A stretch of DNA of 64,000 bases from Cycas panzhihuaensis (taxonomy: Eukaryota; Plantae; Cycadophyta), in NCBI GenBank assembly GCA_023213395.1, contig CM041465.1:158169741-158233740 (forward strand). The letters run 5' to 3'. A model generated the notes under the pieces. It made no database searches. It was not told the origin of the DNA and saw nothing but the letters and a program-made list of their open reading frames with translations. How positions within the stretch are numbered: the first letter of the stretch is position 1; each line of letters opens with the position of its first letter. Positions 25,098-38,500 of the stretch are shown here, piece by piece. The translations under genes and the position numbers were made by a program.

Positions 25098-28000
25098 ATG
25101 GCTTTCATACTAGGGACAACTTCCTATCCCTAAATTCTAGTATTAATAGACTAAACTATGTTGACTAGAAATTGAAAATATCCTAGGTTCTTAAACAACA
25201 AAAGGTCTGGCAATATGTGATAAGAGAATTTGTAAAACCTGATGATAAAAAATTAGAAGCCTATATGGTCTATCTAATGAACTGCGATGGTGTACTAGGT
25301 ACCATCCTAAACTCCCTCTCAGTAGACATCAATAAGTAGTTCTCTAAAATAGATAAACTCATTTATGTTTGGTAAATACTTAAGGAAAAGTATGATAAGG
25401 TTGATAAACAATAATTGTATCCAACTAGATCTCCTAGAACAATAATTGTATGATCTCAACTTTGATAATTTTTCTAAAGTTAAGAATCTCCTAGAAAAAA
25501 TTTAATTCATTAATAAAGAACTAGGTAGCTGCATAAAATCTTCAACCAAAGAAGGTGATAAAACTACAGTTACCACCTATGCTAAAAATGATAAAACATT
25601 TATTTATCTTGCTATAAACAAATTACCAAAACATTTTAATCTTTTCAAAGCTACAAGGTAGTAAGTTGATTTCCTAGAAATCACTTTGAATCAACTAATA
25701 AATTAGCTGATTCACTATCAAACTATGCTAATTCAAATTGAAAAACTTTAAGATCCTTAACAAACTCTGTTTTCCAATTCTAAACCTACAAACAAATATA
25801 AACAAAATAAATTTCAAAGAAATCACAATAATAACTCAAAATTTCAGAAGCCTCATAAAAGTCTTTCTTTCTCTTCTTTCACAAATAATCATAAGTAAAC
25901 AACACATGGACTCTTTTCCAAATCACACTACCTTTCAAGTAAAATCTCAACTTGAACTTATTCATTTCGATATCTATGGACCATTTTAAGTACCTTCATA
26001 CTTTGGAAGCAGATATTTTGTCACATTCATCACTAAATTCTCTAGAAAATGTTGGGTATATATGCTAAAAATAAGAAGTCAAGTATTTGACATCTTTGTT
26101 GAATTTAAAACTTTAATTAAAAATTAAACCAACTCTAAAATTAAAATATTTAGATATAATAATACTAAAGAATACCTAAGTAACAAATTTATTACTTATT
26201 ATAAGAAATATAAAATACAATTTAAACATTTCGTAGTATATACTCCTCAACAAAATAATATTGTTGAATGTAAAAATTGTACCATTGTTGAGATGACTAG
26301 ATGCATGTTATATGCAAAAGATCTTGACTTAAAGTTGTGGGAAGAAACTATTATTTGCTCCAACTATCTTTTAAATTACTTACCATGTGAATCTCTACAA
26401 AACCTTATACTATAATAGAAATGATTTGGTCGCAAACCTTCTATTAAGCATTTAAGAATCTTTGGAAGCATTGCTTAGGGGCATGTTCACAAAGAAAAAT
26501 AATAGAAATTTGATCTCAAAAGTTTCAAATATATCTTTATTGGTTATAGTGAAGAAATCAAAGCATATAGACTTCTAAATTCAACCACACATAAGATTTT
26601 AATCTTGTATGATGTTGTATTTGATGAAGAAGGTTCTTCATCAAACACATCTTATATTGAATTACTAGTAAAAAACTTGTTAACTAACACTTAGTTGACC
26701 CCTTTGAAATATAAGATGACCTTGAATCAATTGAGTCCTTATCTACTCAAGTTTAAAATTAGACCTTAAAAGAACCGAGTACCTCAATCTCATTTATATC
26801 TAGTCAATCTACATCTTCTAAACAACCACCTAGCAACAACAAACAATTTATTTAGTCTTATAAAGCTCTTTTTTATGTTAGTTTTGATGCTGATAATCCT
26901 TTGGATTCTAGAAGAACTTGTTCACAAAAGCTTCAAGTAAATTTTAATCTAATGGTCAAAGTTATAGCCAGCGATGACCCAAAAATATTTAAGCAAGCAA
27001 GTATCAATCTAATATGACAACAAGCTATGCAAGTAGAAATTAACACTTTAAAAAAGAATTCAACTTAGGATTTAGTCCCTTTGCCTCTTGATAAGAACTT
27101 GATAGACTATAAATAGGTTTATCAAACTAAATTTAATTTAGAAGGAGAAATTAAAAAATAAAAGGCTCACTTAGTAGTCAAAGGTTTTTTATAAGTTGAT
27201 GGTATTGATTATACTGAAACTTTTGCTCCTATTTCCAAAAATAATAGCATTAAAACCATTATAGCTTTAGCAACAAAGTTTGGTTGGAAAATTCATCAAA
27301 TAGACGTTAAGAGTACCTTTCTAAATAGTGACTTCAAAGAAGAAATCTACATGAAACAACCCCTTAGTTTTACTGATAATCTTAATCTTTTTTATAAACC
27401 AAAAAAATCTTTATATTATCTAAAACAAGCTCCTTGAGCTTGGTATAAAAAAATTGATGACTATCTTTTACAAAATGGATACACTAAATATATTAGTAAT
27501 TCTAATCTCTACTTTAAAAGATAAGATAATAATATCACCATTTTAATTCTCTCTATAGATGTCATTATAGTAACTGGTTCTTTACTTTCTCGTATCCTTT
27601 AGTTAAAATCTATTTTGATGACTAAGTTTGAAATAATATACTTAGGTCAGTTATACTACTTTCTAGGTCTATAAATTTATCAATCAGATTGAAAAATCAC
27701 TATTTCTCAACTAAAATATATTATTGAACTAATAAAAAGTTTTAACATGGACAATTGCAAGCTAGATCTTACACCCCTATAATCAAGTGTAAATTTGATA
27801 ATTGATTGTCCTTCTCCACTGTGTGACCCAACCCTATATCATCAATTAATAGGCAATTTAATTTACTTAACCCATACTCATCTAGATGTATATTATGCTA
27901 GTACTTTGCGTTCCAGATATATGTAAAAGCCTCATGAATCACACTGGAAAGTAACAAAATGAATCTTATGATATCTTGTAGGTATGATTTATAATGGTCT

Positions 28001-28400
28001 CACATATAATTTTTGTAATACTAACCTAAAATTGATAGGATACACAAACTCTGATTGGGCAAGAGACTCTAGTTATATTTTCTTCCTTGACTCTTAACCT
28101 ATCACATGGTCCAACAAGAAAATATAAGCATTGGCCTTATCCATAATAGAAGATAAATATCGAGCACTTGTTGAAGCAAGTAAAGAAGCACTTTAGATTA
28201 AAATTAATGTTGATAATCAAGGTGCCATATCAATTGCTACTAATCCTATTGCTCATTCTAAAACTAAACACATAGAATTGCATTAATATTTTATACATAT
28301 TCTTGTTAATGATAATATTATTAGTCTTTTTTACTGTCATATAGATTTGTAACTTGTAGATATTCTTACAAAGACATTAAAAGTTTATTAGGCTTTGAGA
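25098..28400 (+). pseudogene. C1 gag-pol (gag, integrase, RT, RNase H; zinc knuckle and protease deleted)
   Basis: gag from ATG at ~25098. SKQHMDSFP..QLELIHFDIYGPF at 25890-25989, YTPQQNN integrase, IDYTETFAP RT, KTKHIELH RNase H. Heavily mutated. Confidence 0.88.
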
Positions 28401-30351
28401 ATTATTGAAGATTGAAGAAGTCTTCATCAAATGGGGATCAATATACCGAATCCTTCTTCCTCTTCTTCTTTCTTATATCTTCTATATTATCCATTGCATA
28501 AAAGATAACATTAAATGGGGATGTTAGAATAATATTATCCTATTCTTTAAATACTAAGTTGTTATAATGTTATTTTTATAAAAAATATTTTATTAAACTT
28601 AATTATTTAGTTCGTTGAAATGGGAAACTACTCATTTCAATGAACCCTTCTTCCTTAAAAAATTCCTCTTAGATTCTTATAGGTTGGTCTGTCCATCTAT
28701 TTTGGTCCACTTGTTCATTGATCTATTAGTTAAATTAGTCAAAGATTGGTGAGGTGGAGGCTAAACAGAAGGTTAAGCTAACATAAGTGAGAGAGGATGA
28801 GATTCTCTAAATCTGTAATATATTTTTATTATTATTAATATCATTTATTATTTTAGAAGGTGGTTTTTTCATCCCCACTAAGGGGTTTTTACCACCTCTC
28901 AAATCCTGTGTTATGGTGATGTTGATGATTTAATTTTCTACCTGTGATCATATATTTATGATGAATATTTGAATATAAAAATAATGTGTAATTTTAATTT
29001 AATTTATTATAATGTAAAATTAATTTATCCCTCTCTCCAATAGTAATGAATCCTATGTATCCCTTATTAAGTAGGTTATCCATCTTTACTATTGAGATGA
29101 TTTTGGAGTTAGGCATTGTGATTCTAAAAAATTAATGTAATTTACCTTCCCAATAAAAATAAATAAAATTTTGATTGTTATTTAATGAATACGTCCCTAA
29201 CTTCTAAATCTAATCAACTCCTAGAACAACATCTAATGTTCTAATGGGAAAAGCATAATAGTTAGTATATGTTGAGAATACAAGGTCCCAACCCTTGAAC
29301 CACCACCAAGATCTAAAGTATTCTTGCAACTAGTTATAGAAATCGAAACTAAAAATTACATACAAGTTCTTAAACCAGAGATAAAACAATAAACTGAATA
29401 AGAAAGCCAAGCACATAAATACACCCGATATAATGTGGTAAAACCCTAGAAGTGTGCTAGGGAAACATCCACACAGGAAAGGTATCGATCCTTATTGTCA
29501 TAGAATGGAGAAAATGTATATGATCCTGTAGCAGAGTGCTCACAACAATAACAACTAGCATCCCAACACCTCATAGTACATTAAACTACCTCAACATAAT
29601 GAAATATTCCCTAAAACGGGCTACATGAGAGAGTCATACAAGGCGCAAATCTAGACCATAGAATCTAGGATATTTTTATCAAACGACCATGATTCTCTTT
29701 AAAATTTAATATAGTTTCTAGTGCTAATTTTTTGGGTTAGGGGCTATCGCCTCTGAACCCCCTCTTAGCGGGGGGCATTCCACATCCCCCGCACTCCCTT
29801 GGCCAAGGGGGGCTCCTACCCCCCTTAGAACCCTCCGACGAAGGTTTGGAGGGGAAACCGCACTACCAACATACCAAAATTTAAGCCTCTAACCATTGTT
29901 GTCACATTACCTAATAATCTCCACCTTGACAATAATTTACCTAGTACCTTTCCTGGACCCTTCATCATCTCTTTTGCAAGCCAAGAGAAGTCAAAAACCA
30001 TTTGAACTTCTCTAATGGTACTAGTTTTGTGAACATATCAGCATAATTCTATTTTGTATTGACCTTCTTAAGTGCCACTTCACCTGCTTCCATAACCTGT
30101 CTAACAAAATGGTACTTAAGAGTAATATGCTTTGTTCTACTGTGATAAGCTAGATTCTTGGCTAAGTAAATGGCACTTTGAGTGTCATAAAATACTTTTA
30201 CCTTTTTATGTTTCCTTCCAAGCTCAACCAACAGACCCTGTAACCAGATTGTTTCTTTACAAGCACGTGCTACATCAACATATTCAACTTCTATAGTTGA
30301 TAATGCAATTACGCTCTGCAATTTTGACATCCAACTAACTGGACCATTTGC

Positions 30352-33300
30352 TGAAAAACTATTCACAGTTTATTGTTGTAAAAAAGATACATATATTATG
30401 ATCTTTGTCACTCATTTATATTGTACATATGAGAGACAGTTACAAATTGATTTATCAACCACCTAAATACTGACAAATGACTTTATGCCATGTGGCGTAA
30501 TAAAAAGAGTCTAAGTTGCTTAAGATAAAACATTACTTTTTACACCCTCTCTTAATGTTTTATCTTTTATTCCTAATTTATCTCTGAAGAATTGAAATTT
30601 ACTTCTACTCAAAGCTTTGTGAAGATATCTATTGTTTGATCTTCTGATTTGTAGTATACGAGCTTGATTTCTTTATTTTGAACCTTCTCTCTGATGAAAT
30701 GATGATGAACTTCTATGTGTTTTGTTCTTGCATGAAACACAGGATTTTTTGTCATATTGATAGTGCTTTGATTATCACAAAACAGGGTAGTTGATTATAT
30801 TTGTTCTTGTTTAAGATCCTTTAATAGCTGTCTGATCCAAATGGCTTCGCAGGCTGCACTGACTACTGATTTGTACTCAGCTTCTATAGATGACAATGAT
30901 ATTGTGGATTATTTTATGTTGTTCCATGAGATTGCTGCTGATCCCAAGGAGAAACAATACCCTATAGTAGATTTTCTTTCTGTCTTGTCACTTGCCTAAT
31001 CTGAATCATAATATCCAGACAGAACTATATTCTTGTTTTGATTGTATCTTAACTCAAGATTTATAGTTCCTTTCAGATATCTGAGTATTCGTTTTGCTGT
31101 ATTCCAATGAGAGACTTTTGGTTCTTGCATAAATCTAGAAATTACTCCTACAGAAAAGGCTATATCTGGTCTGGTGGCAGTGAGATAGATTAGACTTCCG
31201 ACTAATTATCTATACAAGGTAGCATCTACCTTTTGTTCTTCTATATTTGAGCTCAGAACACAGCTAGTTTCCATTGGTGTAACACAGCTATTACAGTTCT
31301 CCATATTAAATTTTTTAAGTATGTTCTTTATGTATTTAGATTGAGATAATCCAATGAAATCACTTGTCTAATTTACTTCTATTCCAAGATAGTAATGGAG
31401 AATTCCCAAATCAGTCATTTAAAAAACCTTTTCAAGCTAGTTTTTTATGGATATAAATGAGTCATCATCATTTCCTGTGAGTAACATGTCATCTACATAT
31501 ACATCAATAATTGTTACCTTTCCTCTATTGAGTTTTACATACAAACTTAGATCTGACTCATATCTGTGAAAGTTGTTGTGTATTAGATACTGATCCAGTT
31601 TCACATACCAAGCTCTGGGAGCTTGTTTGAGTCCATAAAGAGCCTTTTTTAACATGCATACTAGATTTTCTTGCCCTGGTTCACAATAGCCTTCAGGTTG
31701 ATACATATATACCTCTTCCTTTAGATCTTCATTTAAAAAGGCACTTTTTATATCTAGCTAATAAATCTTCCATTTTTGTTGAGCAGCTAAGGCTATTATT
31801 GCCCTTATTGTAGTCAGCTTTGCTACCAGCGAGAAGGTTTCTTCATAATCTATACCTGCTGTTTGAGTATATCCTTTTGCAACCAACCTTGCTTTATATC
31901 TTTCTATTTCTCCATTGGATTTTTCTTTGATTTTGTAAACCCATTTGCGGTTTACTATGGGTTTATTTTTTGGACATTCCTCTAGTTCCCAAGTTTTATT
32001 TTTCTGAATTGCAGCAATTTCTTCGTTTATAGCAGCTTTCCATTCTGCATGTCTGCTTGCTTCTTCATAATTGACTAGTTCCAGAGAACATGACAAGGCT
32101 TGGTGTTTCTGTGACCTGGTCTTATGCTCATAGATGTCTCCTTTATTTTCTTCAATGGTTTTGAGATACCATTTTGGAAACCTTTTTGGGGTTTCAAGTT
32201 CATAAATGTCCCTATGCTCTTCATTTTGAATGTGAGAAATATCTTCTACACTTCTTAGAGTATGCTCTTCAATATCTTCAAATGTGATATCAGACTTATC
32301 TTCTAAGGATATAAAGGATTGTTTATCTGTAGTCTTTGTTACTACCTCTATTTCTTGATATTCTCTTTGACTTTTCCTTGGATCTTCATCAAATACAACA
32401 TCTCTACTAACATGAATTTTGTTAGTTTTTGGATCCAAGCATCTATATGCTTTTGATTTTGAGCTATAGCCAACCATTATACATTCAATACTTTTGTTAT
32501 CTAGCTTTGAATATTTCTTGTCTGGAATGTGAACATAAGCTTTACACCTAAAGACTCTAAGATTACTTACATCAAGTTTATGACTCGTCCACGCTTCTTC
32601 AGGTGTAATTTTTTGTAGAGCATGTGTTGGACTCCTGTTTATTAGATATACTGCTGTGTTGACTGCTTCTGCCCAATATGCTTTGTTAATCCCTTTGTCA
32701 TGAATTAAGCACCGTGCCATTTCCATAATTATTCTGTTCATTTATTCTGTAGCTCCATTTGACTGGGACGAGTAGGAAGTAGTTATTTGCCTGCGTATCC
32801 CATGATCTCTGCAGTAGTTGAGAAACTTCTTTGACATGTATTCTCCTCCTCCATCAGACTGAATACATTTGATTTTGTTATTACTTTCTAACTCAACTTC
32901 AGCCTTGAGCTCTTTAAACTGGTCAAAAACTTCAGATTTATTTTTTAGGAAATATATCTAGGTTTTTCTTGAAAAATCATCAATAAAGATTAGAAAATAC
33001 CTTGCCTCATTGATTGAACTTGGAGTAATTGGACCATAAATGTCTGTATGTATTAATTCCAATTTACTTCTGGTCTTATGAGTGCTTTTTGAAAAAGAAC
33101 TTCGATGTTGCTTTCCCATCATACAGCTTTTACAGACAAAAGAATCAAATGATAGTTTTGGTAGCCTAGTAACCATATTAGAATTTTTCAACAGTTATAA
33201 TCTATCATTTGAGATATGTCCATATCTTAAATGTCAAATTTCATTATTGTCTTTTCTTGAAATAACAAAAGATTTTACATCATATGTAGGCATAATTGGA

Positions 33301-35560
33301 GTAAAAAGTAACTTATAAAGATTGTCACTTTCTATACCTTCTGCTATTACAACACCATCCTTTTTCATATCTAATACAAAACAATGTCCACTGGTATCAA
33401 AAATAGTTACCAGTTATTTCTTACTGAGTTGAGAAATAGATAAAAGTTTTTTTTTCATTCCTGGTACATAGAGCACTTTGCCAATTCGCTGTATTTTCCC
33501 ATCAATTTCAACTGCAATTATTCCAATTCCTTTAATATGTAAAGGAAAATTATTTCCTAATTCTATTGAACCAACTGATGAGTATGGTTCAAGTGATTCA
33601 AACCATTCTTTTCTTCCTGTCATGTGGTTTGATGCTCCTAAATCTATGTACCAGTTATCTGATGCTTTTGTACTTGTCGCTAATGCAACCACAAAGGTTA
33701 TTTTTGTATCATTCTCTTCAATTTCTTGATCTCTTTCCTTACTGTAGTTTCTAGCTATTTATTTCCCTCTCTGAAGTATTGCTTTCCTGCATTAATAAGG
33801 AAAGTGACCAGATTGACCACAATGGTAACAAACATCAAAGGCATGACAATTACTTGAAAAATATCTAAGTTTCCCATAGTTGAAATAGACTCTTGCATCT
33901 CTTGGTGGGATTGATCTTCCTCTGCCTCTTCCTTCAATCCAGCGTCCTCTGAAGTTTGATGTTTGAATTCGACCTCGTCCTCTGAAGCTTGGTTGAGCGC
34001 GTCCTCATCCTATGTTAAATCTTGATACAAAGGCTTCTTCTATTTCAGCAGCATCCTCTTCGTATCGTTTATTTCTCTGTTCTTGATTTAACATATGACC
34101 TGTTAATCCTTCAAATGTCATCTTTGCTGTTTGACCACTTCCGGTTAACATGTTGACCATGTTATCAAAAGTTTTGGGAAGTTTGTTCAGGACAAGATGC
34201 ACCAACTCTAGATCTGAGATTTTATCTCCTACAGAGACAAGCTCATTCTTTATACTATTTATTTTGGCCACAAATTCAGATACAGATTGATTTTCTCTCG
34301 GTTTTAGTTTGTATAGTTCTTCCCTTATTGCGATTATCCTGGCCTCATTTTTCTAATTGAATAAGAAAGTTACTATACTCCAAATTTGTGAAGATGACTC
34401 TACACCATCCACATAAGACAGAAGAGAATATGAAATGGAAAGTTTTAGAATTCCAATTGCAATATTATCTTTATCTTCCCAAGTTATTTGATTAACTATG
34501 TTTGTGGGTTTTTTGTCTTCACCAGTAACAATTTTCCATGCTCTCTTTGCTCTTAAAAGGCCTTCAATTTTGATTTTCCAAAGGATAAAGTTCATCTCCG
34601 TGAGTTTATCAGCTTCAGGAAGGGCAATAACAGAGGAAGCCATTTTAGAATATTAATGAATCACATCTAAGTATAAAAGTACAGGGCTATATGGCAATAC
34701 GATACAGATTTATACGGAAAAATTAACTTGTATGGATGAGCAAAATTAGGATGTCAAAAGAAAGATCTAAGTGTGAGGATCCCAGATCTGAAGTTATTTT
34801 TCCCAAAATCTTAACGATTAGGTCAGAAAATGCAGTCAAATTTTATAAATGCGGCTAGGGTTTTTAGAGAAAAATCTTCGTTTCTCAAGAAATATTCTGA
34901 AATAACTTTGAAAATTTATCATAAACAGATGATATTACCCTAGAGAAGATTTTTGGACAGATTTTACCTGGAATAAATGCTCTGATTGGAAGAAAAATTT
35001 AAAAGAATGACCAAACCCGCGCCCTCTGAAAACAGCTTGAAAACTGGTCAAGACGATTTTTTCAGGCTTCGATCCTTTAGAAGAAAGTGACGCCCTTGCA
35101 AAGGTAAACCTCTTGGTAAAATTTTAGACAAATTTGAGCACTTTGAATTTTCCGTACAACCCATACAGTCCGTATAATTCCATATAGTTTCCATGTAGTT
35201 TGCTTTGCTTCTGTCTTTCACTGTTACTTAAAAAAAAAAAAAAACTTTTCTTCTTTGGATTCTCTTCTGTCTTATCTTTAATCTGGACTCCAAACTTCTT
35301 CCTCTTTCAGATCACAGACTAAATTCTCCTTCTCTCATTCTCTGTAGGATAACCTGCTCTGATACCATGAAAAACTATTCACAATTTATTGTTATAAAAA
35401 AGATACATATATTATGATCTCTGCCACTCATTTATATTGTACATATGAGAGATAGTTACAAATTGGTTTATCAACCACCTAAATACTGACAAATGACTTT
35501 ATGCCACGTGGTGTAATAAAAAGAGTATAAGTTACTTAAGATAAAACATTACTTTTTACA
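30352..35560 (-). mobile_element. C3: short-LTR Ty1/Copia element (Ale/Ivana-like), youngest LTR insertion by manual LTR comparison
   Basis: 193-bp LTRs at 30352-30544 and 35368-35560 (10 differences). Perfect PBS at 35356-35367, PPT at 30545-30553. Perfect TSD TTTGC (30347-30351 / 35561-35565). Confidence 0.96.
30553..34643 (-). pseudogene. C3 gag-pol polyprotein with scattered stops
   Basis: ORF pieces give gag (KLTEMNFILWKIKI), protease (WYIDLGASNHMTG), integrase (LELIHTDIYGP, YWAEAVNTAVYLINR) and RT ([27 protein letters not shown]). Confidence 0.95.
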
Positions 35561-38500
35561 TTTGCAAGAGCAAATACATAACCTGAAGTAGACCTTCTCT
35601 TATCTAAATCTCCTGTAAAATCTGAATTAACATATCCACAAACCTGATTATCTGTACCTACAAAGATGATGCAATAGCCACTTGTGCCTCTCAGATACCG
35701 AAGCATCCATTTCATTGCGGCCCAATGTTCCTTTCCTGGATTTGCCATAAACCTGCTAACTACATCGATTGCATGTGAAATGTCAGGTCTTGTACATACC
35801 ATGGCATACATCAAACTTCCTACTGCACTAACATAAGGCACACAAGAGATATAATCCTTTTCTTCTTCATTACTAGGACTCATACTCAAAGAAAGCTTGA
35901 AATTGGAAGCCAATAGGATACTCACTAGTTTCACATTTACCATACCAAACCTAGTTAGCACCTTCTCTACATATTTCTGCTGTGATAACCATAGCTTACT
36001 ATTTTTCCTATCTCTGTGTATCTCCATACCTAAGATTTGTTTTGAAGCTCTTAGATCCTTAATATCAAAAGTCTTAGCCAATTGAGCCTTTAGCTTATTG
36101 ATTTCTTCCATGCTTTTGCTTGCAACTAGCATGTCATCAACATATAATACCAAGATAATGAATAAGCCATTGTCCATAAATTTAAAGTAAACACAATGAT
36201 CGTACTCACTTCTTTTAAAATTTTGGCTGTCCATGAAGGCATCAAACTTCTTGTACCACTGCTTAGGTGATTGCTTCAGGCCATATAATGATTTCCTGAG
36301 CCTGGAAATAAGTCTTTTCATGCCATCTTATACAAAGCCTTCTGGTTGATCCATATAGATCTTCTCATCTAAATCTCCATATAGAAAAGTTATTTTTGCA
36401 TCTAACTGCTCTAACTCTAAATCAAGAGAAGCTACTAATGCTAACAGCACTCAAATTGAACCAAGTTTGACAACTGGTGAAAAGATCTTATGAAAGTCAA
36501 TACCTACTTTCTGTGTAAAGCCTTTAGCCACCAGTCTTACCCTGTATTTGTCAACCTTTCCATCATCATCTATGTTCATCTTAAAAACCCACTTGCAACC
36601 AATAGTCTTCCCACCATGTGGAAGTTCTACCAAGTCCCATGAATTATTTTTCTTTAATATATCTATCTCTTTCTGCATAGCCCTCTTCCACTTCTCACTA
36701 TGGATATCATCTACTACTTCTTGATAATTAGAAACCATCATTAGAAACCAAAGCAATAGAAGTAGACGGGTTGTACCTGTTAAGTAGATGACTAACTCGT
36801 GTAGATCTTCTAACTGTTGGTACAGGAGTGTCCACATACTCCTGTAAATCTATTACAGATTCATCTTCAAAAAGATCTTCCTACTCTTCTAATTCCAAAG
36901 ATGGCTGGGTTTCAAAATTGACTTGTTGATATTCAACTCGTTACTCCTATTTCACTTCAACTTCTCCACTATTTGATTTTACAAGGGGATATTCATCAAA
37001 TACAACATATTAGTTAATGGTGATTTTGTGGGTAGTAGGATCCCACAACTTGTATCCCTTCACACCATCCTTATCACTATAACTAACAAAGATATACCTC
37101 TTAGATTTTGGGTCTAACTTTGAACATTTACTTTTGTCAGTCCAGGCATAAGCATCATAACCAAAAACTTTCAAATTTGAATAATCACATGGATGTGTAG
37201 TCCATACCTCTTCAAGAATCTTGCAATCTATTACAAGTGATGGTGACCTATTTATTAGATAGCAAGTTTTTTGAATAGCTTTTGCCCATAAGCCCTGCTC
37301 CACTCCTGCATTACTTAGCATGCTCCTTGCTCTTTCTAAGAGTGTCCTATTCATGCGCTCAACAATGCCATTTTGCTGCGGAGTATAGTTAGTGGTCTTA
37401 TTCCTTTCGACCCTAGCTTCTCTGCAATAGTTCTAAAACTCCAAGGAGTTGAACTCACCTCCACTATCAGTTCTTAAATATTTAATTATCTTACCAGTGT
37501 TGTTCTCAAGTAAAGCCTAGAACTGGTTAAACACACTGAAAACTTTAGATTTCCTTTTCAAAAAATAGACCCATACCTTTTTGGAGTAATCATCATTAAA
37601 TGTGACAAAGTACAATGATCCTCCACAAGATATTTTAGGGGTTGGTCCCCACACATCTGAATGTATGTAATCCAGAACACCTTTACTAGTGTGACTCCCT
37701 ACTTTAAACCTGAGTCTGCACTGCCTTCCAAAAATGTAATGTTTGTAGAAAGCCAAATCTAAAAGTTGTAAGTTAGGAAGTAACTTACAACTTATCAGCA
37801 CCTTAAGTCCTCTCTCACTCATGTACCCAAGTCTTTGATACCATAACTGAGCTGGATCTTATGTAGTCTTTGATGTTGTAGCTGCATGGCTGACATATGT
37901 ACTTCCCACTAATATGTACATGTTTCCTTTCTTTAAGGCTCTCATAACAACCAAGGCTCCCTTTGACACCTTTAGGACTCCTTCATGACCTGTATACTTA
38001 AAACCACCTGAATCTAGTTCACCTAAGGAAATCAGATTCCTTTTCAGATCAGGTACATGTCTAACCTCAGTTAATATTCTCACTACTCCATTGAACATCT
38101 TAATTCCGATGCTACCAATGGCCACTATCTTACAAGAAACTTTATTTCCCATAAGCACATTATCACCATTAAGAGGTTGGTATGATGAGAACCAAGTCTT
38201 GTGTGGACACATGTGGTACGAAGCACCTAAATCTAATAACTAATCATGGTAATAATGAGAAATATTATAAGCAACCAAGACATCATCATCCATACCTTGA
38301 TTTGACTCCACATGATTCGCCTCCTTGGCATGATCTTCCTTTTTTTGGAACTCCTTCCTTTTGTAGCAATCCTTCTTGAGGTGATTGGTCTTATTACAGT
38401 GCTAACACCTAAGCTTACTCTTCTTGACTTTTCAGTTTGACCTCGATGTATCCCTGGAGCTTTGTCCTCTATCAATTGTTCTATCCCTTGCTGTCATAGC

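Larger units (their letters stand above)
17008..29042 (+). mobile_element. C1: Ty1/Copia element nested in G1
   Basis: LTRs at 17008-17575 and 28522-29042. PBS tggtatcatagt at 17576-17587, PPT aaatgggga before 28522. TSD GCAAT (17003-17007) / GTAAT (29043-29047). Confidence 0.92.

Noticed and set aside
35356-35367. tRNA-Met-like sequences (also at 768, 6799, 17576, 39191, 41589, 54326, 63559)
   Set aside because: These are 12-nt primer-binding sites, not tRNA genes.
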